Origin: Bacteroidota bacterium
GTDB lineage: Bacteria; Bacteroidota; Ignavibacteria; UBA10030; SZUA-254
Direction: 5' to 3'
Assembly: GCA_049515655.1 (NCBI GenBank)
Contig: JBEKTW010000015.1
Coordinates: 23,320 to 87,319 of the forward strand
Length of the DNA stretch: 64,000 bases
Numbering within the stretch: position 1 is the first letter of the stretch; each line of letters starts with the position of its first letter. The position numbers and the translations under genes are program-made. Shown here piece by piece: positions 9,487-19,617 of this stretch. The notes beneath the pieces were generated by a model that worked only from the letters and a program-made list of their open reading frames with translations, did not search any database and was not told the origin of the DNA.

Positions 9487-11247
9487 ATGCGCTCCCTGCT
9501 TCGTCTAAAGCCATACCTCTGGAAATACCGGACTACGCTCTTCTGGGGATTCCTTACCGTCGTTGCCAGTAACTTGCTGAATGTGGTTCAGCCGATGATT
9601 GTCGGCCGGGCCATCGATAAGCTGAAGGTCGGGCTTGCGTCCAAAGTACTTGACACAAACGCACTGTTGACGTACGCGGGTTTGGTCGTCGGCTTGTCGC
9701 TCTTCGCGGGATTCTTTACATTTCTGACCCGCCAGACGATCATCGTCGTCTCCCGGCACATAGAATTTGATTTGCGGAATGATTTTCTCAAGCACATCCA
9801 GAAACTTTCCCTTTCCTACTTCCAGAATACTCCGACCGGCGACCTCATGGCGCATGCAACGAACGACATCGGGGCCGTGCGCAATGCTGTCGGTCCGGGC
9901 ATTATGTATCCCTCCGATACGCTGATGACTTTCACCATGACGCTCATCATGATGCTGTGGGCCGATTGGAAACTTACGCTCCTTGCGCTGATTCCGCTTC
10001 CCCTCGTTTCGTACGCCGTTTATCGATTGGGGAAGGTCATCCATGAAAAATTCGAGGAGCGGCAAGAGAAATTCTCAGAGCTGACGACGCGCGCACAGGA
10101 AAATCTTTCGGGCATCAGAATTGTGCAGGCGTATGTCCGTGAAGCGAACGAGATCGGGCTCTTTCATTCTTTAAGCTGGGATTATCTCAAGAAGAATCTG
10201 GTGCTTGCACGGGTTCAGTCGATCATGTGGCCGCTGATGTTTTTGCTCGTCGGAAGCTCGCTCGTTGTCACCGTGTACTTCGGCGGCCTGCAGGTCATCC
10301 ACGGCGAGATAAGCATCGGTGTTCTCACGGCGTTCTTCGGATACTTGATTTTGTTGATCTGGCCGATGATCGCGTTCGGGTGGGTCACGAATATACTCCA
10401 GCAGGGCGCGGCATCCATGGCCCGACTAGGAAAGATCTTCGATACGGAACCCGAGATTCATGATACTCCTACGACGGATTATTCAAAGAGAGAAATCAAG
10501 GGAGAGATTGAATTCCGCGATGTATCCTTCAAGCACAAAGGTGCGGGGGCGATGACGCTGAGACATATCCGACTTCACATTCCCGCCGGGATGACGCTGG
10601 CGGTCGTCGGCTATACCGGGTCGGGGAAATCGACACTGGTAAATTTGATTTCACGAATGTATGACATCACCGAGGGTGAATTGTTTATAGACGGCGTGAA
10701 CATCAAGAAGATCCCCCTGGAGATCCTGCGTTCGAATATCGGATATGTCCCGCAGGAAACCTTCTTGTTCTCGGACACTCTGGCCGAAAATATATCGTAC
10801 GGTATAGATAACGGAACTATGGAACATATTCGAGATGCCGCGGAGATTTCGCAGATCGCGAAGGATGTGCAGGAATTTCCAAAACTCTACGATACGGAAA
10901 TCGGCGAGCGCGGGATTACGCTGTCCGGCGGACAAAAGCAGCGCACGAGCATTGCCCGCGCCGTGATGCGCAACCCGAAGATTCTGATCCTTGATGACGC
11001 GCTTTCTGCGGTCGACACGTACACGGAAAACGAAATCTTGCAGCGTATGCGAAAGGTGACGGCGAACCGGACGAGCATCATCATCAGTCACCGCATATCG
11101 ACTGTCAAGGACGCCGATATGATCGTTGTTCTTGACGACGGTGAAATTCGCGAGCGCGGCACGCATGAAGAGCTGGTCGCAGAAGGGGGAATCTATGCTG
11201 AGTTGTATGAGAAGCAGCTGTTGGAAGAAGAACTGGAACAACTGTAG
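9487..11247 (+). CDS. ABC exporter permease/ATPase, subunit 1 (MdlA/YheI-like)
   Basis: 6-TM domain, GYTGSGKS, LSGGQKQR, degenerate Walker B LDDA. Confidence 0.93.
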   Translation: MRSLLRLKPYLWKYRTTLFWGFLTVVASNLLNVVQPMIVGRAIDKLKVGLASKVLDTNALLTYAGLVVGLSLFAGFFTFLTRQTIIVVSRHIEFDLRNDFLKHIQKLSLSYFQNTPTGDLMAHATNDIGAVRNAVGPGIMYPSDTLMTFTMTLIMMLWADWKLTLLALIPLPLVSYAVYRLGKVIHEKFEERQEKFSELTTRAQENLSGIRIVQAYVREANEIGLFHSLSWDYLKKNLVLARVQSIMWPLMFLLVGSSLVVTVYFGGLQVIHGEISIGVLTAFFGYLILLIWPMIAFGWVTNILQQGAASMARLGKIFDTEPEIHDTPTTDYSKREIKGEIEFRDVSFKHKGAGAMTLRHIRLHIPAGMTLAVVGYTGSGKSTLVNLISRMYDITEGELFIDGVNIKKIPLEILRSNIGYVPQETFLFSDTLAENISYGIDNGTMEHIRDAAEISQIAKDVQEFPKLYDTEIGERGITLSGGQKQRTSIARAVMRNPKILILDDALSAVDTYTENEILQRMRKVTANRTSIIISHRISTVKDADMIVVLDDGEIRERGTHEELVAEGGIYAELYEKQLLEEELEQL

Positions 11248-11726
11248 TCAATTCAAAAGTCAAAATGGGGGAAAAGCAAGAATTAAAATTATAAATTAAA
11301 AAACGGGAGGTGGAAATGGATAGAGATATAAAGGAAAGGACGTTTAACTTCGGTTTGCGGATCATCTATATGAGTCAGCATCTACCCAATACGAGGGCGG
11401 GGGATGTTATTGGAAAGCAAGTGCTTCGTTCCGGGACGTCGGTTGGAGCAAATGTCGAAGAGGCAACAGCTGCCTGCAGTGCCAATGACTTTGCCTACAA
11501 AATGAACCTTGCTCTCAAAGAGGCAAGGGAAACACATTATTGGTTGCGGCTATTGGCGGGGTCAAGAGTTGTCAGGCAGGAACGATTGGCCGATGTCATC
11601 GAAGAGGCCGACCAGATCAAGAAAGTCCTCGGCTCCATCGTAACCAAGAAGCGAGCCAAATCAAAGGCATAGCTGGCGATTTTTTTTAATTTTCACATTT
11701 TTAATTTTTAATTGTTTCTTTAATTG
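11247..11726. mobile_element. Four-helix-bundle gene cassette flanked by inverted AT-rich heptad arrays
   Basis: Left arm caattcaaaagtcaaaat..aattaaaattataaattaaaaa; right arm ttttaattttcacatttttaatttttaattg; lies between the two ABC half-transporter genes. Confidence 0.55.
11316..11672 (+). CDS. Four helix bundle protein (23S rRNA IVS protein/Avd-like family)
   Basis: KQVLRSGTSVGANVEEA, ALKEARETHYWLRLL; SD ggaggt. Confidence 0.93.
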   Translation: MDRDIKERTFNFGLRIIYMSQHLPNTRAGDVIGKQVLRSGTSVGANVEEATAACSANDFAYKMNLALKEARETHYWLRLLAGSRVVRQERLADVIEEADQIKKVLGSIVTKKRAKSKA

Positions 11727-11730
11727 ATCC

Positions 11731-13521
11731 ATGCAGGAAGAAGAAATACTCGGTAAAGCGTATGACAGTCGATTGATGAGTCGCCTGCTGACGTACCTCA
11801 AGCCGTATCGATGGTACGTCGTGCTCGGCATTCTATCGAGCATCGCCGTTTCATTCCTGGAAGCGATCCGTCCGTGGTTCACGCAACACGCCGTCGACGT
11901 CAACATCGCCCAGCACGATGAACACGGGCTGCTTTTGACCGCGGTCCTGTTCTTCGTCGTACTGATTGTTCGTGGAGTTATCCAGTATGGCAACGCATAC
12001 CTCACGCAATGGATCGGCCAGCGCACCATTTTCGACCTGAGGATGCAATTGTACACACACTTACAGCGGCTCGGCCTGAAGTTCTTCGACCGCCATCCCA
12101 TCGGAAGATTGATTACCCGCGTTACCAACGACATCGAAGTGCTCAACGAAATGTTTTCGTCGGGTATTGTCATGGTGTTCAGTGATGTGTTCACGATCAT
12201 CGGGATTCTCTACTTCATGTTCTCGATGAACTGGCAACTGGCGGTTGTTTCGCTGAGTGTGTTACCGTTGTTATTCTACGGAACGTTCCTCTTCCGGAAG
12301 AAGGCACGAGAGGCCTATCGCGAAGTCCGCCTCCAGATCGCCCGCATCAATGCATTCATGCAAGAACACATCACGGGCGTGGCGGTCGATCAGATTTTCA
12401 ACCGTGAAGAGAAGTCGTTTCAAAAGTTTTCCGCGATCAATGCCGCGCACCGCGATGCCAACATCAAATCGATTCTCTATTACGCGCTGTTCTATCCCGG
12501 CGTGGACCTCATCGGCGCACTCGCCGTCGGGTTGATTGTGTGGTATGCGGGAATCGAGGCGCTGAAAGGCACGATCACCGTCGGTACCGTGATGGCATTT
12601 TTCCAATTCAATGAGATGTTCTGGCGTCCGATCAGGGACCTCTCGGACAAATACAACATCATGCAGACGGCAATGGCGTCGTCCGAGCGAGTGTTTAAGA
12701 TGATCGACGACCAGACCCTCGTCAGCAACCCCCCATCTCCGGTTTCCGTTCCAAACATCCAGGGCGGGATTGAATTCCGCGACGTGTGGTTTGCCTACGG
12801 GGGAGAAGAATGGATCTTGAAGAACATATCGTTCAGGATCAACCCGGGTGAAACGGTCGCGATTGTGGGACACACTGGGGCCGGCAAAACGACGATCATC
12901 AATCTGCTGAGCCGGTTCTATGAATTTCAGCGCGGTCAGATTCTTATTGACGGGCACGACATCCGTTCGATGAGCAAAGAAAGCCTGCGGAGGCAAATGG
13001 CCATTGTCTTGCAGGATGTATTCCTGTTTTCCGGAGACATCAAGTCGAACATCAGTCTCGGGAATGAGCAGATCCCGCTGGATCGCATCAAAGCCGCGGC
13101 GAGGGTGGTGGGCGCGCATCGTTTCATCGAAGCGTTACCCAGGCAGTATGATGAAGAAGTAAAGGAACGCGGCGCAACGCTCTCGGTCGGGCAGAAGCAG
13201 CTCATCTCATTTGCCCGGGCGCTCGCCGTCCATCCCCGCATTCTTATTCTGGATGAAGCGACGTCGAGCGTTGACACCGAAACCGAACTTCTCATCCAAC
13301 AGGCTATCAGGAAACTCCTCCAGGGCCGCACATCGATCGTCATTGCTCACCGGCTTTCGACTATCCAGCGCGCCAATAATATCATCGTGATGCACAAAGG
13401 TGAAATTCGCGAGACGGGCACGCACCAGGAACTTCTCGCCCTGGGCGGAATCTACTTCAAGCTTTATCAACTCCAATACAAAGAACAGGAAAAAACCGCG
13501 CTTATCAACGGCAAGAAATAG
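11731..13521 (+). CDS. ABC exporter permease/ATPase, subunit 2 (MdlB/YheH-like)
   Basis: GHTGAGKT, LSVGQKQ, LDEATS, AHRLST. Confidence 0.93.
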   Translation: MQEEEILGKAYDSRLMSRLLTYLKPYRWYVVLGILSSIAVSFLEAIRPWFTQHAVDVNIAQHDEHGLLLTAVLFFVVLIVRGVIQYGNAYLTQWIGQRTIFDLRMQLYTHLQRLGLKFFDRHPIGRLITRVTNDIEVLNEMFSSGIVMVFSDVFTIIGILYFMFSMNWQLAVVSLSVLPLLFYGTFLFRKKAREAYREVRLQIARINAFMQEHITGVAVDQIFNREEKSFQKFSAINAAHRDANIKSILYYALFYPGVDLIGALAVGLIVWYAGIEALKGTITVGTVMAFFQFNEMFWRPIRDLSDKYNIMQTAMASSERVFKMIDDQTLVSNPPSPVSVPNIQGGIEFRDVWFAYGGEEWILKNISFRINPGETVAIVGHTGAGKTTIINLLSRFYEFQRGQILIDGHDIRSMSKESLRRQMAIVLQDVFLFSGDIKSNISLGNEQIPLDRIKAAARVVGAHRFIEALPRQYDEEVKERGATLSVGQKQLISFARALAVHPRILILDEATSSVDTETELLIQQAIRKLLQGRTSIVIAHRLSTIQRANNIIVMHKGEIRETGTHQELLALGGIYFKLYQLQYKEQEKTALINGKK

Positions 13522-13622
13522 CTAATTTGGGGGAGAAGAACGGACATTCAAGTTGGAACATTCCCTACCCGGGAGGAGTTAAACGGTAGTAATCATCTCA
13601 CAATAATGAGAAAGGAGATTGT

Positions 13623-15077
13623 ATGAAACCGAATCATCTTGCGACCTTCATGGTACTGCTGCTGGGAATGGTGCCCGCTGTTCAGGCCCAAACCCGGGAA
13701 AATATCAAGGCCGGGGAGCGCACTTCCGTCGACCTCACGATTTACAATCAGAATCTTTCCCTCGTTCGTGAAGAACGCCCCATGAATCTTCCCAAAGGAG
13801 AGAGTCATGTCATCATTCCCGACATTCCGGCTACCATTGACGGGACGTCACTTCATTTCTCTAGTTTGACTGATGCCGCTGCCGTCAGAGTTCTCGAGCA
13901 AAGTTACCAGTACGACCTTGTGAGCAGGGCGAAGCTGCTGGAAAAATACTTGGGGAGAGAGATTCAATTTGGTGGCACCGTGGGAAAGCTTCTGGCCACC
14001 GGCTCCAGTCAGGATAATACGCCTAATGTCGGCATTGTGGCTGAGATCAACGGCAAAATAGAGATCAATCCGGGGGGACAGCTTATTCTTCCGGATTTGC
14101 CTGAAGGTTTGATCGTGAAGCCACAACTTGAGTGGCTCGTGAGCAATACACATGAAGGCGAGCAAAAAACGGAGATTAGCTACATGGCGGGACGGCTTTC
14201 CTGGCTGTGCGATTATGTCGCGTTGTTGAATAAGGACGACTCAAAACTGGACCTCACCGGCTGGGTAACATTAACGAATAACTCCGGAACGTCGTTCAAA
14301 GATGCCGGTCTTAAGTTGGTCGCGGGCGACGTAAATCTTGTTCGGCAGCAGTTTGACAACATGCGGTTATCAAAAGGTGTCATGGCGGAGGCAGTCGGAC
14401 AACCGCAATTCAAGCAAACAGAGTTGTTCGAATACAAACTCTATACTCTTCAGCGCCACACGGACCTCAGCAATGATGAAACAAAGCAAATTGAGCTGAC
14501 ATCAGGGAAAAATGTCGCCGCCAGGAAAGTTTTCATTTATGACGGCATAGCCGACCAGTGGCGGGCGTGGTACCACGATTATTCTTACCGCTCGCAGGGA
14601 AGCTTCGGCCAGCAATCAAATCCGAAAGTCGGAGTGTTCGTGACGTTCAGGAATGAAGAAAAATCCGGTCTCGGCATCCCGCTCCCCAAGGGGAGAATCC
14701 GCATGTACAAGCGGGACGATGACGGAAAGGAACAATTCATCGGGGAAGACCAGATCGACCATACGCCGAAGGATGAAGAACTGAGGCTTTATCTGGGCAA
14801 CGCTTTTGACATAGTCGGTGAGCGCGCACAGAAAGATTTTAGATCATTCGCCTCGGGAAAAGTTGTCGAAGAGACGATCGAGATCAAAGTGCGGAACCAC
14901 AAATCGGAACCGGTCGAAGTGCAAATCTACGAGCATCCGTGGCGATGGAACGAATGGGAGATCACGAAGAGCACAGACGAGTGGACGAAAGTTGATCAAT
15001 CGACTCTCAGGTTCCCCGTGAAGATTGGCAAGGATGAAGAAAAGGTCGTGACGTACACGATCCGGTATTCGTGGTAG
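13623..15077 (+). CDS. DUF4139-domain exported protein
   Basis: Signal peptide, LTIYNQNLSLVREER, LPKGRIRMYKRD, IDHTPKDE. Confidence 0.8.
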   Translation: MKPNHLATFMVLLLGMVPAVQAQTRENIKAGERTSVDLTIYNQNLSLVREERPMNLPKGESHVIIPDIPATIDGTSLHFSSLTDAAAVRVLEQSYQYDLVSRAKLLEKYLGREIQFGGTVGKLLATGSSQDNTPNVGIVAEINGKIEINPGGQLILPDLPEGLIVKPQLEWLVSNTHEGEQKTEISYMAGRLSWLCDYVALLNKDDSKLDLTGWVTLTNNSGTSFKDAGLKLVAGDVNLVRQQFDNMRLSKGVMAEAVGQPQFKQTELFEYKLYTLQRHTDLSNDETKQIELTSGKNVAARKVFIYDGIADQWRAWYHDYSYRSQGSFGQQSNPKVGVFVTFRNEEKSGLGIPLPKGRIRMYKRDDDGKEQFIGEDQIDHTPKDEELRLYLGNAFDIVGERAQKDFRSFASGKVVEETIEIKVRNHKSEPVEVQIYEHPWRWNEWEITKSTDEWTKVDQSTLRFPVKIGKDEEKVVTYTIRYSW

Positions 15078-15207
15078 CAGAATTCACAGAATTATAGAAT
15101 TCTCAGAATACAGACAAAGACAATTCCGTTAATTCTGAAATCCTGGAAATTCTGATTCAAACATTTTTGCAATTCTGGCGATTCTGCAAATTCAGTTAAT
15201 TCTGATT
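15077..15207. repeat. Degenerate ~9-nt tandem array arranged as inverted arms
   Basis: cagaattcacagaattatagaattctcagaat ... aattctgaaatcctggaaattctgattc ... aattctggcgattctgcaaattcagttaattctgatt. Confidence 0.65.
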
Positions 15208-15347
15208 GGCAACGGGTAGGCCCCGCCTCGTGAATCTCATTTGAATTCAACACAGGGATTGTCTATCTTCTTGCCTGAAGGCCGCCGCGCAACGGCCGGA
15301 ATTGCATTACTTGCGCCATATCGAATGATTTCCCAAAGGAGTCTTCC

Positions 15348-18300
15348 ATGAAACAGCTCGTCGCACTGTTGTTCGCATTCGCTTCGGTTTCCTTCTCACA
15401 AACCTCCTACATCAAGGACTGGCTCATCCTTGGAAGTTTTTCCAACGCAGATGCCTCAACCCGGCTTTCACGGGATTACCTCGGTGGAGAATCCTCCATC
15501 GTTCCCCGGGGAGGCGAGGTTGTGAAAGGCCAGCAATGGATGTTGTTCCATTCTTCCGCCGACATTCTCGACTTCGTCGGTTCCGATAAATCCACATTCG
15601 GATTCAGCGATTACGAAGAATGCGTTGTCTACACGGCGTGTTTTGTTCAATCTCCAAAAGACCAGACAGCCCGTCTCCTTGTGGGAAGCGATGACGGCGT
15701 TGCCGTATGGTGCAACGGGGAACGAAAACACTTCAACGATGCGAACCGCGGGGTCGTCCCGGACAACGATACAATCCTTGTCTCGCTGAAGAACGGGTGG
15801 AATACGGTTCTATTCAAAGTCGCCAATGAACTCGGCGGGTTCGGACTCTGCGCCCGTTTCGCGGATAGCGATGGATTGATTGTCCAGGCGGATAATCCTT
15901 TTCCCCCGGCAACACAGCCCACACCCGCTTCCATCTCATTCCCGGCGTCAGTTCCGGATCTCCATTTTGCTCTGACGGAAAAGAACCAGGCGGTGCTTCA
16001 ATTTGCGGTCAATCTCTTAAATCACGGCAGTAGCACTGGGAAAGGAGCGACGGTCACGGCATACGCGGGCGATGCGAAATTCAGCCAGATGCACATTCCA
16101 GTGATTCGCGGCGGCGAAGTGCTGGGAATACTGGAGCAAATTCCTTTTCTGCAGGCAGTGGAGTCTGGTGAAAAAGGAGATTCTCTCACTGTCGGAGTGG
16201 ACGTTGAAAAGACAAACACGCTGCACAGATACGGTTTTTCCAACAACCTCCTCGTGAAATTGTTCGAACCATGGGAATTGCAGGGCTGGAAAGAGACGGT
16301 GAAGGATACGACGGCCATTCTCTCCCGCACCATCGTTGTGCCGAATGACTTGACCGGTTTCGGGCTTGAATTCATGGTCGACATCGGCGACACGTGGGGA
16401 AAAATACTTGTCAACGGACAGGAGAAGCTGCCGCGTTTCAGCGGCGATTCTGGAGATTTAACGTTGACGACGAATGCTGCCGCCAACGATACCTTCCGCG
16501 TCGATGTTTTTGTTGCTTCGAACAAGTCCATCCGGGGACCCGTCGTGAAGAATTCGTGTCTGCGGGTTCGCTGGGAGGCGGTCGAGCGGTACGTCTCCGA
16601 TGCGCGCTTCGCCAAAGACATCTACGCTGCCGACATTAGCGACGGACCGGCGATGAACAAAAAACTGCTTTCCCTCATTGAAGAACATCGTTTGGGAGAG
16701 GCAGAAGATGCCCTGAAAGATTTCCATCGACAGACCTTGAGTCTATCGCAAGAAGCGAAAAAATCATCGCTTCACTTCGTCGGTAATGCCCACATTGATA
16801 TGGTCTGGCTGTGGCGATACACGGAGTCGATTGATGTCGTGAAACAAACATTTCAAGCGGCGATCGATAATCTCAAGGCCTACCCCGATTTCAAATTTTC
16901 CCACGGACAGGCGCAAAGTTATTTCTGGATGGAAGAAAAATATCCCGAGCTGTTTCATGAGATTCAAAAATATGTGAAAGAGGGTCGCTGGGAAATTGTG
17001 GGCGGCACATGGGTCGAATCGGATGCAAACATGCCGTCGGGTGAATCACTCGTGCGCCAGTATCTGTACGGGAAGCGATACTTCAAGAAGAAGTTCGGTG
17101 TCGATGTGAAACATGGCTGGTATCCCGATACGTTCGGTCATCCGGCATCGCTTCCGCAAATTCTCAGCAAATGCGGAATTGAGACGTACACATTTTTCCG
17201 CCCGTGGGACGAAGAGCGGATGTTCGTGTGGGAAAGTCCGGACGGCAGCAGGGTATTCGCGCACCGCCCCCCCGACTGGTACGGCACATGGACGGCGATT
17301 TCCGATACCGTATGGAAAACGGTCAAGGAATCGCAGAAAAAATTCAAAGTAAATACGGGGGTACAATTCTACGGTGTCGGAGACCATGGCGGTGGGCCTA
17401 CTCGCCGGCAAATCAACATGGTCCAGCACCTGGGTTCCCTGAATGTCTATCCAGCGGTGAAGCTTTCCACCTTTGACGCATTTTATGCGGACCTTCTCTC
17501 GGCTAAAAAGGATGCTCCGGTTCAGCATGGCGAGCAGAATTCCGTTTTTGAAGGATGTTATACAAGCCAGGCAATGGTGAAGCTCTATAATAGAAAGGCC
17601 GAGGCGCTCTTGCCGACTGCAGAGTTGTTTTCTACGATCGCCATGCGGTTTGGATTCGTGTATCCCTCGGAACAATTTGAAGAGGCGTGGCGAAAAGTTC
17701 TCTTCAATCAATTTCATGATATGTTGTGCGGTTCAGGGGTCCACGATATTTACGTCGATGGACAGCAATTCTACGATGACGCATTTCAGCGGGCACGTGG
17801 AGCCATGAACGGAGCTTTCAGCGTCATCGCAAAGAACATTTCTACGAGCAGTAAGGTGAAAAAAGCGACCCCGCTGGTGCTCTTCAATCCCCTTAACTGG
17901 AAACGGACAGAACCGATGGAAATAGTCTGGAAAACCGAACAGGCCAATTTTTCCCCCAAGATCATCGATGAGAGCGGAAAAGAGCTGCCATCGCAGGTAA
18001 CCGAGAGGTGGAAAGATTCGGTCCGGGTAGTGTTCATTCCGAAGGACGTTCCATCCGTCGGCTACAAGACGTATTGGATAACATCGAAGAAGGAGTCGCC
18101 TTCGAAGTCCAGAAATGATTTGGGTCTGGAAAATCAGTTCTACATGGTTCAGGTCGACAGTGCGACGGGTTCGGTTTCCCGGATCTATGATAAAGTGCAC
18201 AAACGAGAGGTGATACAACCCGGGGCACTTGCAAATCAAGTTCAATTACAGGATGATGAGGCCGGAATGTCGGCGTGGGTCATCGGGTTGAAAGGATCTC

Positions 18301-19148
18301 CACAGTCCGTCGGTTCCCCGAAGAGCATTAGCGTTATCGAAAACGGACGTGTGAGAAAAATAATACGCGTGGAGTACCGGCTCGACCCTTCTTCGTTCAT
18401 AGAGGATGTCGTTCTGTATTCCAATATACCGCGGATAGATTTCAGGTTTTCCGCCGCATGGCATCATCGAAAGAAAATTTTGAAAATTGCTTTTCCGCTG
18501 AACATCGACAGTCCGAAAGCAACATTCGATATCCCCTACGGAACGATTCAACGGGATACGGTTAATGGGAAGGAAGTTGTCACACAAAAATGGGTGGATC
18601 TTGGCGGTGCCGATTATGGTGTGAGTTTGCTGAATGATTCTAAGTACGGTTGTGACGTCAACGGAAATATCGTCCGGCTGACCGGCCTACGCGCGTCGAC
18701 CGACCCCGATCCGACAGCCGATGAAGGAGACCATGAATTTTTCTATGCTCTCTACCCGCATGCCGGAAATTGGCAGGAAGCGATGACGGTACAGCGTGGA
18801 TATGAATTCAACACACCGATGGTTATGTTCTCGACCGATCAGCACTCGGGGAGCCTGCCCCCGGCTTTCTCCTTCATAACACTTGAAGCGCCGTCGATTG
18901 TCCTGACGGCGCTCAAGAAATGTGAAGATGATAATAGTTTTATCCTCCGCTGTTATGAAACGGCGGGGAAATCATCGCGAGTTGAATTTAGGTTTTGGAA
19001 CGCGGTTTCGAAAGCGTCGTCAACCAATCTGGTTGAATGGGATGAGAAAGAATTGAAGGATGGCCGGGTTGATGGAACATCGCTGAGACTTGGAATAAAT
19101 CCTTACGAAATCAAGACCCTGAAACTCGAACTCGCCGGAAGAAGGTGA
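15348..19148 (+). CDS. Secreted alpha-mannosidase, GH38, with N-terminal accessory beta-sandwich domains
   Basis: AHIDMVWLW, GWYPDTFGH, GDHGGGP, NQFHD; signal peptide. Confidence 0.92.
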   Translation: MKQLVALLFAFASVSFSQTSYIKDWLILGSFSNADASTRLSRDYLGGESSIVPRGGEVVKGQQWMLFHSSADILDFVGSDKSTFGFSDYEECVVYTACFVQSPKDQTARLLVGSDDGVAVWCNGERKHFNDANRGVVPDNDTILVSLKNGWNTVLFKVANELGGFGLCARFADSDGLIVQADNPFPPATQPTPASISFPASVPDLHFALTEKNQAVLQFAVNLLNHGSSTGKGATVTAYAGDAKFSQMHIPVIRGGEVLGILEQIPFLQAVESGEKGDSLTVGVDVEKTNTLHRYGFSNNLLVKLFEPWELQGWKETVKDTTAILSRTIVVPNDLTGFGLEFMVDIGDTWGKILVNGQEKLPRFSGDSGDLTLTTNAAANDTFRVDVFVASNKSIRGPVVKNSCLRVRWEAVERYVSDARFAKDIYAADISDGPAMNKKLLSLIEEHRLGEAEDALKDFHRQTLSLSQEAKKSSLHFVGNAHIDMVWLWRYTESIDVVKQTFQAAIDNLKAYPDFKFSHGQAQSYFWMEEKYPELFHEIQKYVKEGRWEIVGGTWVESDANMPSGESLVRQYLYGKRYFKKKFGVDVKHGWYPDTFGHPASLPQILSKCGIETYTFFRPWDEERMFVWESPDGSRVFAHRPPDWYGTWTAISDTVWKTVKESQKKFKVNTGVQFYGVGDHGGGPTRRQINMVQHLGSLNVYPAVKLSTFDAFYADLLSAKKDAPVQHGEQNSVFEGCYTSQAMVKLYNRKAEALLPTAELFSTIAMRFGFVYPSEQFEEAWRKVLFNQFHDMLCGSGVHDIYVDGQQFYDDAFQRARGAMNGAFSVIAKNISTSSKVKKATPLVLFNPLNWKRTEPMEIVWKTEQANFSPKIIDESGKELPSQVTERWKDSVRVVFIPKDVPSVGYKTYWITSKKESPSKSRNDLGLENQFYMVQVDSATGSVSRIYDKVHKREVIQPGALANQVQLQDDEAGMSAWVIGLKGSPQSVGSPKSISVIENGRVRKIIRVEYRLDPSSFIEDVVLYSNIPRIDFRFSAAWHHRKKILKIAFPLNIDSPKATFDIPYGTIQRDTVNGKEVVTQKWVDLGGADYGVSLLNDSKYGCDVNGNIVRLTGLRASTDPDPTADEGDHEFFYALYPHAGNWQEAMTVQRGYEFNTPMVMFSTDQHSGSLPPAFSFITLEAPSIVLTALKKCEDDNSFILRCYETAGKSSRVEFRFWNAVSKASSTNLVEWDEKELKDGRVDGTSLRLGINPYEIKTLKLELAGRR

Positions 19149-19183
19149 GTCCGTTCTTTGTCCGAATCTTGCATAGCTGAAAT

Positions 19184-19231
19184 TTCTCAACATTGAGAAT
19201 GCCAAAATTGATGTGTCGTCAAAATTGATAT
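19184..19231. promoter_or_regulatory. Paired palindromic candidate enhancer sites (TTCTCA-N4-TGAGAA type)
   Basis: TTCTCAacatTGAGAA at 19184 and TCGTCAaaatTGATAT at 19216. Confidence 0.5.
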
Positions 19232-19302
19232 TTTGTTGAAATTTTCCGTAAATTATCACAGACAACTTTCTCTTTTATTTGAGATAAGCGTTTCACGACG
19301 AA

Positions 19303-19318
19303 TGGCATGACAGTTGTG
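19303..19318 (+). promoter_or_regulatory. Sigma54 -24/-12-like promoter (imperfect)
   Basis: TGGCATGACAGTTGTG. Confidence 0.45.
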
Positions 19319-19346
19319 CTTTTACGATAGAGGAGATGTGTACTAA

Positions 19347-19511
19347 GAGGAATTGGGACTGTTCGCTAAGGACGGGCTCATTGAAGACAACGGGGAAACA
19401 CTCACTGTCACCGCCGACGGCAGGCTCTTTTTGCGGAATATTGCGTTGTGTTTCGATGCTTATGCGTCGGCAGTTCCCCGACAACAGCCCCTGTACTCTC
19501 GAACGGTTTGA
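19347..19511 (+). pseudogene. hemN: Orphan C-terminal fragment of HemN (oxygen-independent coproporphyrinogen III oxidase)
   Basis: Translates EELGLFAKDGLIEDNGETLTVTADGRLFLRNIALCFDAY..YSRTV*; in-frame TAA directly upstream; not in ORF track. Confidence 0.75.
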
Positions 19512-19617
19512 GATGTCGCTGGAATTGATGGCACTGATGGGTCGAATACTCCAGCAGCCTTCATCATAAGCGGTTTTCCCATCGTTGGCGCCGCAGATTG
19601 AAATTAACAAAAGAGGA

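Noticed and set aside
11316-11672. Avd-like protein as a sign of a diversity-generating retroelement
   Set aside because: No reverse transcriptase and no TR/VR repeat pair seen in the window
15077-15207. Possible CRISPR array
   Set aside because: Units are ~9 nt, degenerate and inverted, with no unique spacers or cas genes
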